NCBI GenBank assembly: GCA_951406725.2
Contig: OX597829.1
Span: 36,394,001 to 36,458,000, forward strand
Reading direction: 5' to 3'
From: Octopus vulgaris
Lineage: Eukaryota
Length of the DNA: 64,000 nucleotides
Shown here: one piece after another, positions 44,801 to 63,489 of the stretch
Position numbering within the stretch: position 1 is the first letter of the stretch
Layout: each line of letters begins with the position of its first letter
The notes under the pieces: model-generated
The model's input: the letters and a program-made list of their open reading frames with translations, nothing else
Database searches by the model: none
Told to the model about the DNA's origin: nothing
Program-made: the position numbers and the translations under genes

Positions 44801-45867
44801 GGCATTTCACTAATAAAGAGAACTATAGTGTTAAAGTTTTACAACCATCCGTGCTTTATCGAGACATCACCCCTAGGGAGCTGCCAACCAAGTTTAGAGA
44901 GACACCTCTCCCATTGTGGTAGACATAACCCCAAAAAGGTAGCCTCTAACGTGTTAGGTCTCGGGTTTACATTATCATTGTTGTTATTGTCATAAGCCAG
45001 TCGTACAGAATACGAAATTATGATAACAAACAATCGCGTCATCAGTAGTAATAAGGAAATACTATTTGGGGAGCAGTTGACTCTCCTGAGTTCATCCGCT
45101 CTTTGATAGATTTTGCTTTTTGGTTTGCAGTGTGACCAAAAACAATAAAAGAGCACCCATCTCGCCGAGAATGGTCTGTGTGGTTGCCGACATTTGTGGA
45201 TATTGAACAGATATTTTGAGTCCTACCGTGCGATTTCTTGGCTCCTACCACGGGAATAGAGATGCAACTGAACCGTGCTGGGAGCGATGTGGTACAGGGA
45301 AAATATTCAGATGGGTGTAGAAGAATTTTATAGTGCAACTTGAGTATCGCTAGTACTGATATAATGGAGGTGCCGGTGGGTAAATTAGATAATCGTATCA
45401 GCACTGTGGAGAGAGGTGAACAGTGTTCTATGTGTAAACAGGACGTAGAGCCTATCGTCTCTATGATCCACCATCGAGTGGCTACTCCATGAAATCATTT
45501 AGAGCAAATTGATACTGAAGCAAGAGAAGGAAACAGAAAGAGCGATAGGACAAATTGACAAATGACGTGAGTCATATTTCTTCAAACGAAAACTAAAATC
45601 ATTTGTGTGTGTTTACTGAGGAGGAATAGAGTAAACAATAAAACAACACTGTAGTCTGGTATCGTCGAATTCATGATCTAGCATGGAATAGTTATCCCAA
45701 GAAATTGAATGTATTACTATTTAGATCGTTAGCACGTCGGTGAAAATACTTAGCGACATTTCCTACTCTTTATGTTGTGTATTCACACCCAGCAAAGGGC
45801 AGATTTACCTGTCATCGTTTCGGGGTGGATAACATAAAGTAGGAGCTCACTATTGAAATCGATTTAC

Positions 45868-46098
45868 AATTCTTTATTGCCCACAAGGGGCTAAACATAG
45901 AGGGGACAAACAAGGACAGACATACGAATTAAGTCGATTATATCGACCCCAGTACATAACTGGTACTTATTTAATCGACCCCGAAAGGATGAAAGGCAGA
46001 GTCGACCTCGGCGGAATTTGAACTCAGAACGTAGTGGCAGACGAAATACTGCTAAGCATTTCGCCCGGCGTGCTAACGTTTCTGCCAGCTCGCCGCCT
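45868..46098 (-). mobile_element. SINE family A, full length, nested in an older opposite-strand family A copy
   Basis: TSD CTATTGAAATCGAT on both sides (~45850 and ~46100). The host copy runs from ~45724 and resumes at ~46113-46160. Confidence 0.88.
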
Positions 46099-46542
46099 TC
46101 TATTGAAATCGATATACCTACTTTCGCTAAAATGCCTAGTTTTGAGCCTAAATTTGAAACACGTCCAGTGTTTTCTTATCGTTCAGAACGTGTAATTGTT
46201 TGTCAGACACGCTTTTCCGCAGCTCACCTCTTCGATGAGCTGCAGTCGGGGATCAAGCGCAAACCAGTGCTCAGTACCTGGTACCTGGGGTGCCGTCAGT
46301 CAGTTGCAGCCCTCTGTTAGTTGAGCAATGCATTCGATGAGAAGTTCCATTGTGGATTTCTATAAATGTGACGAGCAAGAGCGACGACATTGTCGCAGAC
46401 TTATGGTATCGAAAAGAATCAGTTAGCTGATATCTTCAGCGGCGGCGGCGGTGGTGGTGGTGGTGGCGGCGGCGGCGGTGGTGGTGGTGGTGGTGGTAGT
46501 AGTAATGGTAACAGCAGCAGTAGTAGTAGTAGTAGTAATGGT

Positions 46543-46583
<41 letters not shown>

Positions 46584-46599
46584 CAGTAGTAGTAATGGT

Positions 46600-46649
<50 letters not shown>

Positions 46650-47183
46650 CAGCAGCAGCAACAACAACAACAACAACAACAATAACAGCAACAGCAGAAA
46701 ACCAAATTACTCAAAGCGCTAAAGAGAGAAAAAGTACTTATAGCATAGAACAGGTATCAGACAGTAGGGATCTATTACTATGACGAAATGAAGGATACAC
46801 AGATAAAAGATTATTATAAAAGATAGAAGACTATTATAAAATTACAGCCTGCTGACATACCTCACATCGAACAAATATAAATTAATGTATTTAGATGAAA
46901 GACATGATAAACTTATATATACGTGTTAGAATTTCTGGCAGGCTAACAGATATGTAAACCAAGATAGACGAACAGGAATAGACGAGAAATTAGAAAATGA
47001 GAAAAAAGGCTGGATAGATCGTGAAAAATCGGTGAAGAGTCGTGAAAAAATATCGTTAGAAATATGACGAGAAGAGCATTTCTCTAGAACATTTTCTACA
47101 AATCAAGTAATTTAGTGTTTCCTCATAAAGGTAAATATTGTCTAAAACATAGGATAGTGTGGTCCCCGCACAATATCATACCT

Positions 47184-47411
47184 GTTTCTTTACTACCCAC
47201 AAGGGGCTAAACACAGAGGAGACAAACAAGGACAGACAGACGGATTAAGTCGATTATATCGACCCCAGTGCGTAACTGGTACTTAATTTATCGACCCCGA
47301 AAGGATGAAAGGCAAAGTCGACTTCGGCAGAATTTGAACTCAGAACGTAACGGCAGACGAAATACGGCTACGCATTTCGCCCGGCGTGCTAACGTTTCTG
47401 CCAGCTCACCG
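47184..47411 (-). mobile_element. SINE family A, full length with TSD
   Basis: CCGCACAATATCATACCT repeated at 47166-47183 and 47409-47426. Confidence 0.92.
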
Positions 47412-47679
47412 CACAATATCATACCTACCAACCAAGTATCATGCTGGTCATGATGCAATGTAATTCCAAATAACATTTACATGCATGATTTTACAACTAC
47501 AGAAATCTCTTTATTAGAATCTTGCCCAAATGTATTTGATTGAAAGAAAAAAGAAAAAGATGTAGTTTTATGTATCAGTAACCCACACAACTTAAACGGT
47601 ATCTATGATAATTCTATTTTAAGAAATCGTCAAATGCAACCCGGGTCTTTTTAATTACCTTTGGATAACGTGGCCGATG

Positions 47680-47912
47680 CCAGTGCCAATCCGATCGTAG
47701 TCGTTGACAGCCTCGCCTGGCACCTGTGCCGGTGGCACGTAAAAAGCACCCACAACACTCACGGATTGGTTGGCGTTAGGAAGGGCATCCAACTGTAGAA
47801 ACACTGCCAGATCAGACTGGAGCCTGGTGCAGTCTTCTGGCTTCCCAGATCCCGGTCGAACCGTCCAACCCACGCTAGCATGGAAAACGGGCGTTAAACG
47901 ATGATGATGATA
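47680..47912 (+). mobile_element. SINE 3' part (family E) with (TGA)n tail
   Basis: GGTTGGCGTTAGGAAGGGCATCCAACTGTAGAAAC domain ending GGCGTTAAACGATGATGATGA. Confidence 0.65.
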
Positions 47913-48559
47913 AACGTATTCTGTCATATCCGCCCGACACTGGTAAATTTTTTCGTATATTAGCACCTTACAATGTAAAAATGTATATCAAGAAAGGTCC
48001 CGATAATAAGGCACTTTATTGCTTGCAATATGACCCTAAAGATTCAATGTTCGGTTGCGTTACACTAGTATTCCACAAGAACAGTTAATGCATGTTCTTC
48101 CGATAAATCAATAAAATTCCATCCAATATTGAATTTAGAAAATTGATTTATATCGCACCCACTGAGCTTACTGGAAGGAGTAGTTAAAATCCCTTAAATG
48201 ACACTTTGCCATCTACATACATGACATATAGTTTAGGTACTATATATTTTATTATCCATTTAATTGTTTTTGAATATTTCTTGAAAGGAAAATGCATTAT
48301 ATTACGCGAAGAATTTTCACCTAATCCGTCATGCTGTTTAATGCTGAGTCGTAGTTAAAAATGCAAATAACCTCAAAAATGTCAAGCATTCATCAACAGA
48401 TGCCTCAAAACATTGCAAACATTTATTATCCAACATTTCTAGACAACAAAGATCTTTGATCCAAAGCTAATCTGGGGTAATCTATCACAAGGTAAAAACG
48501 TAAGATGGGCAAGATATATTGAGATGATATAGAGAGTGTCTAATAAGGCCAGTCAAGGA

Positions 48560-49856
48560 TTGGAACCCGGAAAATGAAACGAAGAACAGAATAATCGTCC
48601 GTAGAGATCGCAAAAGAGGAATTCAAATGGTAATGATGAAATAGAACAAAGTGAAATGATAAGCACAAGATAGAACATAACAGAAGATAATTTCAGGGAG
48701 CCTACACATTAGTGTAGAATCTGTTAACAGGAGCGCTTTCAGAAAGCATTTACGAGCAACTTGACAACCAGAATTTACTATCAGAAGAACAGAAAGGTTG
48801 CAGGGAGAAGGCTAGAGAAACGTATTATCTATTATACATAGACAAAGCAGTTTTAAATAAAGTTAAAGCTAGAAAGAAAAATCTAACAACTGCATGGATA
48901 GATTATAGGAAATCCTATGACATTATCCCACATTCATGGGAAAAAAATGAACGTCTGAGTATATTAAGTATAGTAGACAAGATAAGAGAATTAATTAGCT
49001 TTAGCATGAAGAAATGGAAAGTAGATTTCTACTCAGGTGACACACTTTTGTTAATATCAAAAGAGGAATTTACCAGGGGAAGTCGCTGTCCCCTTTGATA
49101 TTTGTCTTATGTTTGATCCCCCTCAGATTAGTATTAAGGAAGGTAAAGGCAGGGTATCAGATCGGAAATAGTAATGGAAAAGTTAACCATTTGCTATTCA
49201 TGGATGATCTGAAGCTTTTTAGTAATAATTTAAAAGAGATAGTAGAGACTGTATCTTCAGCAAAGATATAGGCACGGAATTTGGCATAGATAAATGTACA
49301 ATATAAGTCATGAGAAGGAGACATTAGTCAACAACGAAGGCATTCAATTACCAGATGGCCAGATATTAAAATCATTGAAAGGAGGAGAGAGTTATAAGTA
49401 TCTAGAAGTATTATAATCTGACAAAAAAAAATTATCAACTATAGAAATGAAAGCGAAAATTGTGATGGGGTACATCAGAAGAGTGAGGAAGCTAATGAAG
49501 TCAAAGCTAAATGGTCCGAATCTAATTAAGGCTTTAAATACTTGGTGGGTATCATTACTTACACTAGCAGAAAGACTGCCGTCCGGGCAGTTTTCTGCTA
49601 GCCCCTTCATATTTTCACATTTGATTCCCATTTCTAATCATTTTTATATTTTACGTCTAATTATTTCTTTGTATAATAGCGCTCACTTGCTTAGTAAATA
49701 TTATCACGATCATGATCTCACTTTTTTAAACAAGCATTACAGTAGTCCAACAACAGAGGCAGAAGAATTTTGTCAAGTTTTATCTTCACCTCAAAACAAC
49801 ATACAGATTTCAATTCAGCAGCTCATCTGTAAGGCTTGCGGTGTGTGTGTGTGTGA

Positions 49857-49897
<41 letters not shown>

Positions 49898-50750
49898 TTA
49901 CAAACAATAAATGAAATATGTAAACACTACAAAATCAGTTCTCCTGCTTACTAGTATGAACATCACCCTCAGCCAATCTTTGAAGGTAAAAATACCACTA
50001 TCCTGTGGGATTTTTCAGTCAACACCGAGAGAACGATACAGGCTAATCGACCAGACATAGTCATTAAAGACGGGGATGAAAATGCTTTTAGACTAATAGA
50101 TGTAAGTTTTCCTACTGATAAAAATATATCTATAAAAGAATTTTACAAATTAAGTAAATATAAGGCCCTGGAAATTGAAATACAAAAGATGTGGTGTTTT
50201 AAAGCGAGAATTGTTCCTGTTATTGTGAGTGCCGTTAGTATGATTAGAAAAGGATGTCAGAAACATCTAGGTAATATTCCAAGAGAACCATGTCTCAGAG
50301 AAATCCAAAAGATTTTGCTAATAAATACTCCCCACATATCAATTTAAACGTCTATGTTATATTATATGAATATATTTCATTATTGTCCCTGCCGCTTACC
50401 CATACCAAGCTTTCAGTCATTGAAATACAAAAGATGTGGCATCTCAAAGCGAGAACTGTTCCTGTTATTGTGGGTTACTTGCTATGATAAGAAAGGGATG
50501 TTAGAAATATCTAGATAATATCCCAGGAGAGCCATGTCTCAGAGAAACCCAAAAGAGTTTGCTAACAAGTACTGCCCACATCCTTAGAAAAACCAAATCA
50601 GTTATATCTGTGTTATATTACGTGAAGATATTTCGCTACTGCCCCTGTCACTTACCCTCTTCAAGCTTTCAGTCATACTGTAACAACTCCTATCCTTCAC
50701 TCGCCTTAGAATGCTGGGTATGTCTCAGCGAGTGATTGTAACAAACATGT
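48560..50750 (+). pseudogene. Decayed R4/Dong-clade non-LTR retrotransposon 1 (RT + RLE, interrupted)
   Basis: EEQKGC, AWIDYRKSYDIIPHSW, RGIYQGKSLSPL, HLLFMDDLKLF, YKYL; after the interruption ILWDFSVNTERTIQANRPDIVI...LIDVSFP...KYKALEIEIQKMW (PD-(D/E)xK RLE). Confidence 0.85.
49563..49900 (-). mobile_element. Insertion with Helitron-like 3' hairpin interrupting R4 copy 1
   Basis: CTAGCAGAAAGACTGCC-GTCCG-GGCAGTTTTCTGCTAG hairpin (49564-49601); the minus strand ends CTAG|T exactly where RT homology stops. Confidence 0.45.
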
Positions 50751-50771
50751 AGATTAAAAGTAAATTATTAC

Positions 50772-50937
<166 letters not shown>

Positions 50938-51279
50938 GAGTGAGAGAGCAGTGCATGCCATCAAAGTGACACTGGGCTAAAATATACGAAGCCCAATATA
51001 CCCATCATGACTACCCGTCTGATAAGGGTACACCAGGCACATGCATCACAACCATATGTGCGCGACATGGTGATCTCATATCAAGGTAAACAGCGCATGA
51101 CCTAGCAGGTGGGGCCCAGTTAGAATTTTCTTCAGGTCGAGTAGCCCATCCCGCTCAAAAGGTCCCTGAATAAGGGTTGTTTAAGGATGTTGAAAGAACC
51201 ACCCATGTTTCCAAAGAATCCCTCTCAACACATGGCTATGATGCGCCCCCACTACTTCTGCTCGTGATCAGAGATGCAC

Positions 51280-51280
<1 letters not shown>
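50938..51280 (-). mobile_element. 555-bp TAA-associated element, 5'-truncated with a small internal deletion
   Basis: Reverse complement of the 3' part of 59111-59666; (TTA)n on both sides. Confidence 0.92.
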
Positions 51281-51356
<76 letters not shown>

Positions 51357-51384
51357 ACATCAACAATAATAATAATAATAATAA

Positions 51385-51940
51385 ATGCCCAGATGCAGTA
51401 CCAGGCAGTGACTCTCGTGGCTTCTGATCTTAACTGATTGGAAGTGTTATCATGTACATTGTTTTGTCTAGACATAAATGATGGGCTACTGCAAATATTT
51501 TGCTGTATAACACAGATTTGCTTGTCAGTTGTTTGACCTTAACCAGTTGAGCAAGTCCCTTAGTGGCTGATGATATATGCATCTCTGATCACGAGCAGAA
51601 GTAGTGGGGGAGCATCATAGCCATGTGTTGAGAGGGATTCTTGGAGGTTTGGACAAATCACCTGTGGAAACATGGGTGGTTCGTTCAACATCCTTAAACA
51701 ACCCTTATTCAGGGACCTTTTCGGCGGAACATGTTACTCGACCAGAAGAAAATTCTAACTGGACCGCACCTGCAAGATCATGTGCTGTTTATCTTGATAT
51801 GAGATCACCATGTTGCGCACATATGGTTGTGATGCATGTATCTGGTGTACCCTTATCAGATGGTTAGTCATGATGAGTATACTGGGCTTCGTATATTTTA
51901 GCCCAGTGTCACTTTGATGGCATGCACTGCTCTCTCACTC
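51385..51940 (+). mobile_element. 555-bp TAA-associated element, full length
   Basis: ATGCCCAGATGCAGTACCAGGC...GCACTGCTCTCTCACTC with (TAA)n on both sides. Confidence 0.93.
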
Positions 51941-51953
51941 AATAATGACGATG

Positions 51954-52096
<143 letters not shown>

Positions 52097-52714
52097 TTGT
52101 GGACAAAATGGTGAAACTGCATGGCATATTACCAGTCAATGTACGCCACTAACCCAGAAAGAATATAAGAGACGTCATGACGATTGCCCATTGGACACTT
52201 TGCAACAAGTATGGACTTGACAATGGTACGCACATAAACCCGAAGGCATCATCGAAAATGATGATGCAAAGATCCTATGGGATTTTATAATCCAGTGTGA
52301 CCATGAAATAGAGAATAGGAAACCAGACATAGTGTTAATTGAGAAAGAAAGCAAATGATGCTGCATCACAGATATAGCTTGCCCATGTGACAGTAAGGTA
52401 TGCGATAAGAAAGAAATAAAAGTCGATGGGTATAACAGGTTAGCTTCGGTGGTTAAGCAGTTGTGGTGCCTGAAAAAGGTGGTAGCAGTACCAATAAATG
52501 TCGGAGTCCTGGGAACAATAAGTAAAATCTTGAGAAGTATATGGAACAAATAGGGGTTGCAATAAGAGTGGAACACTTGGAGAAAACGAGAAAACAGCAC
52601 TACTTGGAACCGTTCGAAAACTCCGGATGGTGCTAGAAAAATAAGGGGTGTTCGCTGGTAGTGAACAGCTGGCACCGTAGTACATCTCCAATGTTAGAAG
52701 CTGGGCAAAGACAA
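52097..52714 (+). pseudogene. R4/Dong 3' fragment (CCHC + RLE) with (TAG)n tail
   Basis: CGQNGETAWHITSQCTPLTQKEYKRRHD; WYAHKPEGIIENDDAKILWDFIIQCDHEIENRKPDIVLI; starts directly after (TAA)n. Confidence 0.85.
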
Positions 52715-52715
52715 T

Positions 52716-52780
<65 letters not shown>

Positions 52781-52789
52781 ACTTTTAAT

Positions 52790-53115
52790 TATAAAGGCAT
52801 GAAAAACTTCTCAATGGCAAATACCCTAAGAGAGCTGCTAGCGTCGATGTTGACAAAGCTCTCACTCATCAATGGTTAGTGTCTTCTGGTTTAAAATGAG
52901 AAACAGAAGTGTTTACCATAGCAGCCCAAGATCAATGCCTACCTACAAGAAACTACCAGGCCATCATATTAAAGAACGGCAGTTACCCAACTATGTCAAC
53001 AACAAAATGAAACCATTGATCATATTGTCTCCATGTGCAGGAACTTGTGCCTTCAGAGTATCTCAACGGGCTGATAGAGCAGAACAATATATTCACAGGG
53101 TAATTTGCAAAAACC
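52790..53115 (+). pseudogene. Short R4/Dong internal fragment
   Basis: WQIP..., ETEVFTIAAQDQCLPTRNYQ and ETIDHIVS motifs preceding the zinc knuckle. Confidence 0.65.
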
Positions 53116-53250
53116 CTTACCCCTACACCACCCCTGCTACTGTTGCTGTTGCTACAACAACTGCTGCTACTACACATAAAAATAGTAATATTAGTGATAT
53201 CAGTGATGATGATGATGAGGAGGAGGAGGATGATGATGATGATGATGATG

Positions 53251-54980
53251 ACAAACAGCTGGAAACACTATTAAAGACAGTTCATGGATTTACCAAAGAA
53301 ATAGATATGAAATTTGGATTAGAAAAATGCGCCAAAGTAACCCTGAAAAGAGGAAAACTAGTTAAGAGTAGCAACATCACACTAGATAAAGCAAATGAAA
53401 TAAGAGAATTAGACCAAAGCCAAACTTGCAGATATTTAAGAATTCATGAACTAGATAAGATACAATACACACAAATGAAAGAGAAAATAAAGAAAGAATA
53501 CTATAGACGAGTTAGATCAATACTAAAAACAGAGCTCAATGCTAAAAACAAGATAATAGGTATTAACACTTTAGCCGTCCCAGTTATAAGTTACATCTAC
53601 AATATCCTTAACTGGACGTTAAATGAACTAGCCAAAATAGATAGGAAAACAAGAAAAATAATGACAGGATCTAGGATGCATCACCCAAAATCTGACATAG
53701 AAAGGCTATATATACAACATACAGATGGTGGTAGAGGCCTTATAAAGCTGGAAAACTACTATAAAGTAACCACCATAGGCTGCAAAAATACCTACTTCAG
53801 AAGCAAGGGAAACTGATACAAATAGCAGCAAAACAAGAGCAAAACAAAAAATTGTTCTCAGTATTTAAGGAAGCTGACAAATACAAACAAGAAATCATAC
53901 CACCTAACAAATATGAAGAAGAAGAAGAAGAAGAAGAAGAAGAAGAAGAAGAAGAAGAAGAAGAAGAAGAAGAAGAAGAAGAAGAAGAAGAAGAAGAAGA
54001 AGAAGAAGAAGAAGAAGAAGAAGAAGAAGAAGAAGAAGAAGAAGACACAACAAAAGCTATAAGGCAAATGAAATCAAAACTAAAACTAGAACAGCAACGG
54101 ACCATGATAAAGCGATGGCAAGAAAAGCTCCTTCATGGCAAGTACTGGACTAAACTAAATGCAAAAGAAATAGACAAAGAAAAATCCCAGCAATGGTTGA
54201 GAAGCTCAGGACTCAAAGCAGAGATGGGGGGATTTTTAATTGCAGCGCAAGAAGACCAAAGCCTCCCAGAAATTACCAAAAACATGTAATGAAAAGAAAT
54301 GTAACAAGTAACTGTAGAATATGAGATGGACAAGAAACAATAAATCATATTATCTCTGGCTGCCCAGTCCTGGCTAAGAAGGAATATATTCATAGACACG
54401 ACAGATTTGGGACCTACATGCACTGGAAGCTATGCCAACATTATGGAATAACAACAGAAAAAAGATGGTATAGGCACACACCAGAAAAGGTCACAGAAAA
54501 CGAGAAAACAACCATACTCTGGGATATACCAATACACACAGATAGAGAAATTAAGGCCATATAGGCCAGATATTGTTGTCAGAGATCATGAAGGAAAAAA
54601 AATGCTTTCTAATTGATGTATCAATACAAGCAGATGACAACGTGTCTCTAAAAGAAATGGAGAACTTTCAAAATACAAAGACCTGGAAATAGAGGTAACT
54701 AGAATGTGGAATCTAAAATCAGAAACAATTCCTATCATAGTAGGTGCATTAGGCATGATAAAAAAAATATTCAGACAAATACATAACAAAAACACCAGGA
54801 CTTACAAACACATATAACATACAGAAAATTGCACTACTAGGCACTGCACACATCCTACGCAGAACACTTTCAATACAGTAACCATCAGAGCATCACAACA
54901 AATCACAGCACATACCCAAGGCACACAGAGCTGCGCTCGGTAGTGAAGTGAAAGCACGTTATAAAAATAAAACTACTGAA
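53251..54980 (+). pseudogene. 5'-truncated R4/Dong retrotransposon (RT thumb, CCHC, RLE) with (TGA)/(TAA) tail
   Basis: DIDMKFGLEKC-like EIDMKFGLEKCAK, YLRI, HHPKSDIERLY..GGRGL, LHGKY, ETINHIISGCPVLAKKEYIHRHD, ILWDIPIHTDREIK..RPDIVV, QKIALLGTAHILRRTL; frameshifts present. Confidence 0.92.
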
Positions 54981-54988
54981 TGATGATG

Positions 54989-59065
<4,077 letters not shown>

Positions 59066-59110
59066 TGATGATGATGATGATGATAATAATAATAACAACA
59101 AAAACAATAA

Positions 59111-59666
59111 ATGCCCAGATGCAGTACCAGGCAGTGGCTCACGTGACTTCTGATCTTAACTCATTGGAAGTGTTATCATGTACATTGTTTTGTCTTGGTA
59201 TAAAAGATGGGCTACAGCAAATATTCTGCTCAATACCACAGATTTGCTTGTCAGTTGTTTGACTTTAACCAGTTGAGCATGTCCCTAAGTGGCTGACGAT
59301 ATGTGCATCTCTGATCACGAGCAGAAGTAGTGGGGGAGCATCATAGCTATGTGTTGAGAGGGATTCTTTGGGGTTTGAATAATTCACCTCTGGAAACATG
59401 AGTGGTTCTTTCAACATCCTTAAACAACCCTTATTCAGGGACCTTTTGAGCGGGATGGGCTACTCAACCTGAAGAAAATTCTAACTGGGCCCCACCTGCA
59501 AGGTCATGTGCTGTTTATCTTGATATGAGATCACCATGTCGCGCACATATGGTTGTGATGCATGTGCCTGGTGTACCTTTATCAGACGGGTAGTCATGAT
59601 GGGTATATTGGGCTTCGTATATTTTACCCCAGTGTCACTTTGATGGCATGAACTGCTCTCTCACTC
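59111..59666 (+). mobile_element. 555-bp TAA-associated element, full length
   Basis: Same termini as 51385-51940; (TAA)/(TGA) repeats on both sides. Confidence 0.93.
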
Positions 59667-59698
<32 letters not shown>

Positions 59699-59712
59699 TG
59701 ATGATGATGATA

Positions 59713-59762
<50 letters not shown>

Positions 59763-59785
59763 AATAATAACAACAAAAACAATAA

Positions 59786-60331
59786 ATGCCCACATGCAGT
59801 ACCAGGCAGTGGCTCACGTGGCTTCTGATTTTAACTTATTGGAAGTGTTATCATGTATATTGGTATAAAAGATGGGATACAGCAAATATTCTGCTCAATA
59901 CCACATATTTGCTTGTCAGTTGTTTGACCTTCACCAGTTGAGCATGTCTTTTAATGGCTGACGATATATGCATCTCTGATCATAAGCAGAAGTAGTGGGG
60001 GAGCATCATAGCCATGTGTTGAGAGGGATTCTTTATGGTTTGGATAATTCACCCTTGAAAACAAGGATGTTTCGTTCAGCATCCTTAAACAACCCTTATT
60101 CAGGGACTTTTTGAGCGGGATAGGTTACTCGACCGGAAGAAAATCCTAACTGGGCCCCACCTGCAAGGTCATGTGCTGCTTATCTTAATATGAGATCACT
60201 ATGTTGCGCACATATGGTTGTGATGCATGTGCCTAGTGTACCCATATCAGACGGATAATCATTATGGTTATATTGGGCTTCGTATATTTTAGCCCAGTGT
60301 CACTTTGATGCCATGCACTGCTCTCTCACTC
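59786..60331 (+). mobile_element. 555-bp TAA-associated element, full length, head-to-tail with the previous copy
   Basis: Same termini; small internal deletion; followed by (AAT)n. Confidence 0.93.
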
Positions 60332-60399
<68 letters not shown>

Positions 60400-60413
60400 T
60401 AATAATAGTAATA

Positions 60414-60478
<65 letters not shown>

Positions 60479-60494
60479 AATGATAATGATACTG

Positions 60495-60585
<91 letters not shown>

Positions 60586-60603
60586 TAATAATAGTAATAA
60601 ATA

Positions 60604-60671
<68 letters not shown>

Positions 60672-60687
60672 AATGATAATGATACTG

Positions 60688-60778
<91 letters not shown>

Positions 60779-60780
60779 TG
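60332..60780. repeat. Compound (TAA)/(TGA) microsatellite, itself duplicated in tandem
   Basis: The interruption pattern GATAATAATAGTAAT...GATAATGATAATGATACTGAT occurs twice. Confidence 0.9.
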
Positions 60781-61298
60781 TAGAGATTTTACTACGTCAA
60801 TTATGTTATTAGAGAATGCTATTCGTATATCCCCTTACAGTTTACAAAGTAAAAAAGGTGATATTTCAGATAGTTTAAAAATTAAGTGATCCAAATATTA
60901 AAAGACGGTTTTATGTTACCTGTTTCACCAACCTTACTTAAATCAGTGGTAATGTGTGTTAGAAAGTGTCTATGATTATGTAATTGTGCTTACATAATTG
61001 AGAAGTTCACTTCACCGTCAAAAGATTTTAGTTAGATCCAGTTGTGCGTCATCATGTGCAAGAGCCTCTTACAATATTGACTCAAAACTTGTTGATACAA
61101 TTTCATTGACGGAGGCTGGCGAGACTGTAGCCATAATTCAAATGTATAACACTGTGTGACGCTGATTCGGTCAGAAGATTGCACTAAGTGTACACGTCTG
61201 TGGAATACTCAGCTTATCAGTTTTGTCAGCCAGATCACAGACATCATCATCATCGTCGTCGTTGTTAGCACATTATATTCTAAGTATTCTCTATACTG

Positions 61299-61329
<31 letters not shown>

Positions 61330-61628
61330 CTTCTTCTTCTTCTTCTTCTTCTTCTTCTTCTTCTTCTTCTTCTTCTTCTTCTTCCACGTCTTTTTCTTCT
61401 TCTTCTCCTTCTTCTTCATCTTCTTCTTCCACGTCTTCTTCCTCCACTTCTTCTTCCTCCACTTCTTCTTCCTCCACTTCTTCTTCCTCCACTTCTTCTT
61501 CTTCTTCATCTTCTTCTTCCGCGTCTTCTTCTTCTTCTTCTTCTTCTTCTTCTTCTTCTTCTTCTTCTTCTTCTTCTTCTTCTTCCTCTTCGTCTTCTTC
61601 TACTACTACTACTACTACTACTACTACT
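61299..61628. repeat. (TTC)n with variants, then (CTA)n
   Basis: Direct reading. Confidence 0.95.
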
Positions 61629-61982
61629 TTTCCTTCATCATCACCATCACCACTATCATCGTCCTCATCAACATTATCATCACTCTCCTTATTCGTTTTG
61701 CTCCTTCGATGTTTTACGCTCTCAATCTCTCCCCTTAGTTACTCTCGAATTCTTTCACATAACAAAGGCACACACAATCTTCATTTGTCTCATTCCCCCA
61801 CCTCTCTTTCTCTCTCCCCCCTCCCTCTCTCTTTCTCTCTCTCCCGCTCTCTTTCTTTCTCTCTCCTTCTCTCTCTCTCTCTCACACATTCTCAATCTCT
61901 CACCTTCACATACACATATACATGCAACTACATATGAACGTATGCACAAAGCCACCGTTACATACATGCATATCGCCACACA

Positions 61983-62021
<39 letters not shown>

Positions 62022-63056
62022 TACATATGTATTTACCCACAAATATACACTTACATGTATATACATAAATATACGCTTATGCGTACACCAACGTTTGTCT
62101 TACAAACATAAGTGTAAAAGCAAAGATACATTTTTTTACATGTAAACTCATTAATAAAAGCGAAGACATTTACATTGTCACAAACACACACACACACACA
62201 CATACACACGCGCGCACTAATACATCACGTTCCGAGATAACCATACATAAAAACCTGATACAGGTGCATTGAATGCAAACATACACACAGGGAAGAAAAT
62301 GCAACGGAACAAACAGACACTCATCTCGATGCGTCGTTTCTCTGTTACGGTTTTTTTTTTTCTGCATCTTTTTAGAGTCGGTTATTATCTTGTATGATTA
62401 TTTTTCATTTTGCTCGAATTATTAAATTTTTGTTTCTCCCTAGACATGAAGTCTAGAGTACCCTATTTTAGTCGATGCATTATTCCATCATTCTTCTTTG
62501 TTATGCTTTTTTCATGGTTCTTCCTTTCTTTTTTCTTTCCTTCTTACTGTTTTCTTCTTTCGCCTTTCTTTCGCCTTTCTTTTTTTCTTTCTTTCTTTCT
62601 TTTTGTTATGTATATTTATCTGTTTTTACCTTTCATTCACTTTCTTCTTATATTTTCACACTGTCGTATTTCGTGTTTCTTTTTCATATAGATTCTTATC
62701 AATTGTTTTGCATCTTATTTTCCTTAATAGCAGTCTTGTGTAGTTTTATTTTAATATTGATTTATACGTACACACACATTATTTTGATCTATCTACCTAT
62801 CTAGCTATCTGTCTATCAATCTATCTATATATAAATATATCTGTCTATCTATCTACCTATCTACCTATCTGCCTGTCTGTCTATCTGGGCGTGACTGTGT
62901 GGAAAGATCGCCAAACGCTTATAGATCATAGGCGCCTGTTTCTAACTATCGGGTAACTACCTAAAACACACACGCGCACACACACGCACGCACACACACA
63001 CACACACACATCTCTCTCTCTCTCTTTGTCTTTTTCTGAACCTGGAACTAAGTGTG

Positions 63057-63199
63057 TACCAACACACATAGTTCCAGGTTCAGTCCCCCTGCGTGGCACC
63101 TTGGACAAGTATCTTCTACTATAGCCTCGGTTCGACCAAAGCCTTGCGAGTGGATCAGGAAAGAAGCCCGTCGTGTGTGTGTAGTTGTGTGTATGTGTA

Positions 63200-63270
<71 letters not shown>

Positions 63271-63489
63271 TTGTGTGTTTGTGTTTGTGTGGTTCTTCCA
63301 CTATCGCTTGACAACTGATGTTGGCATGTTTACGTCTCCGCAACTTAGGGGTTCGGCAAAAAGACGCCGATAGAATAAGTACTAGGCTTACAAAGAATAA
63401 GTCCTGGGGTTGATTTGTTCGTCTAATGCGGTGCTCCAGCATGGCCGCACACAAATGACTGAAACAAATAAATATATAAAAGAATAAAA

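Noticed and set aside
52872-53816. 314-aa ORF as a single gene
   Set aside because: Chimeric: an out-of-frame R4 fragment plus microsatellite, fused to a real RT C-terminal part that starts only at ~53251.
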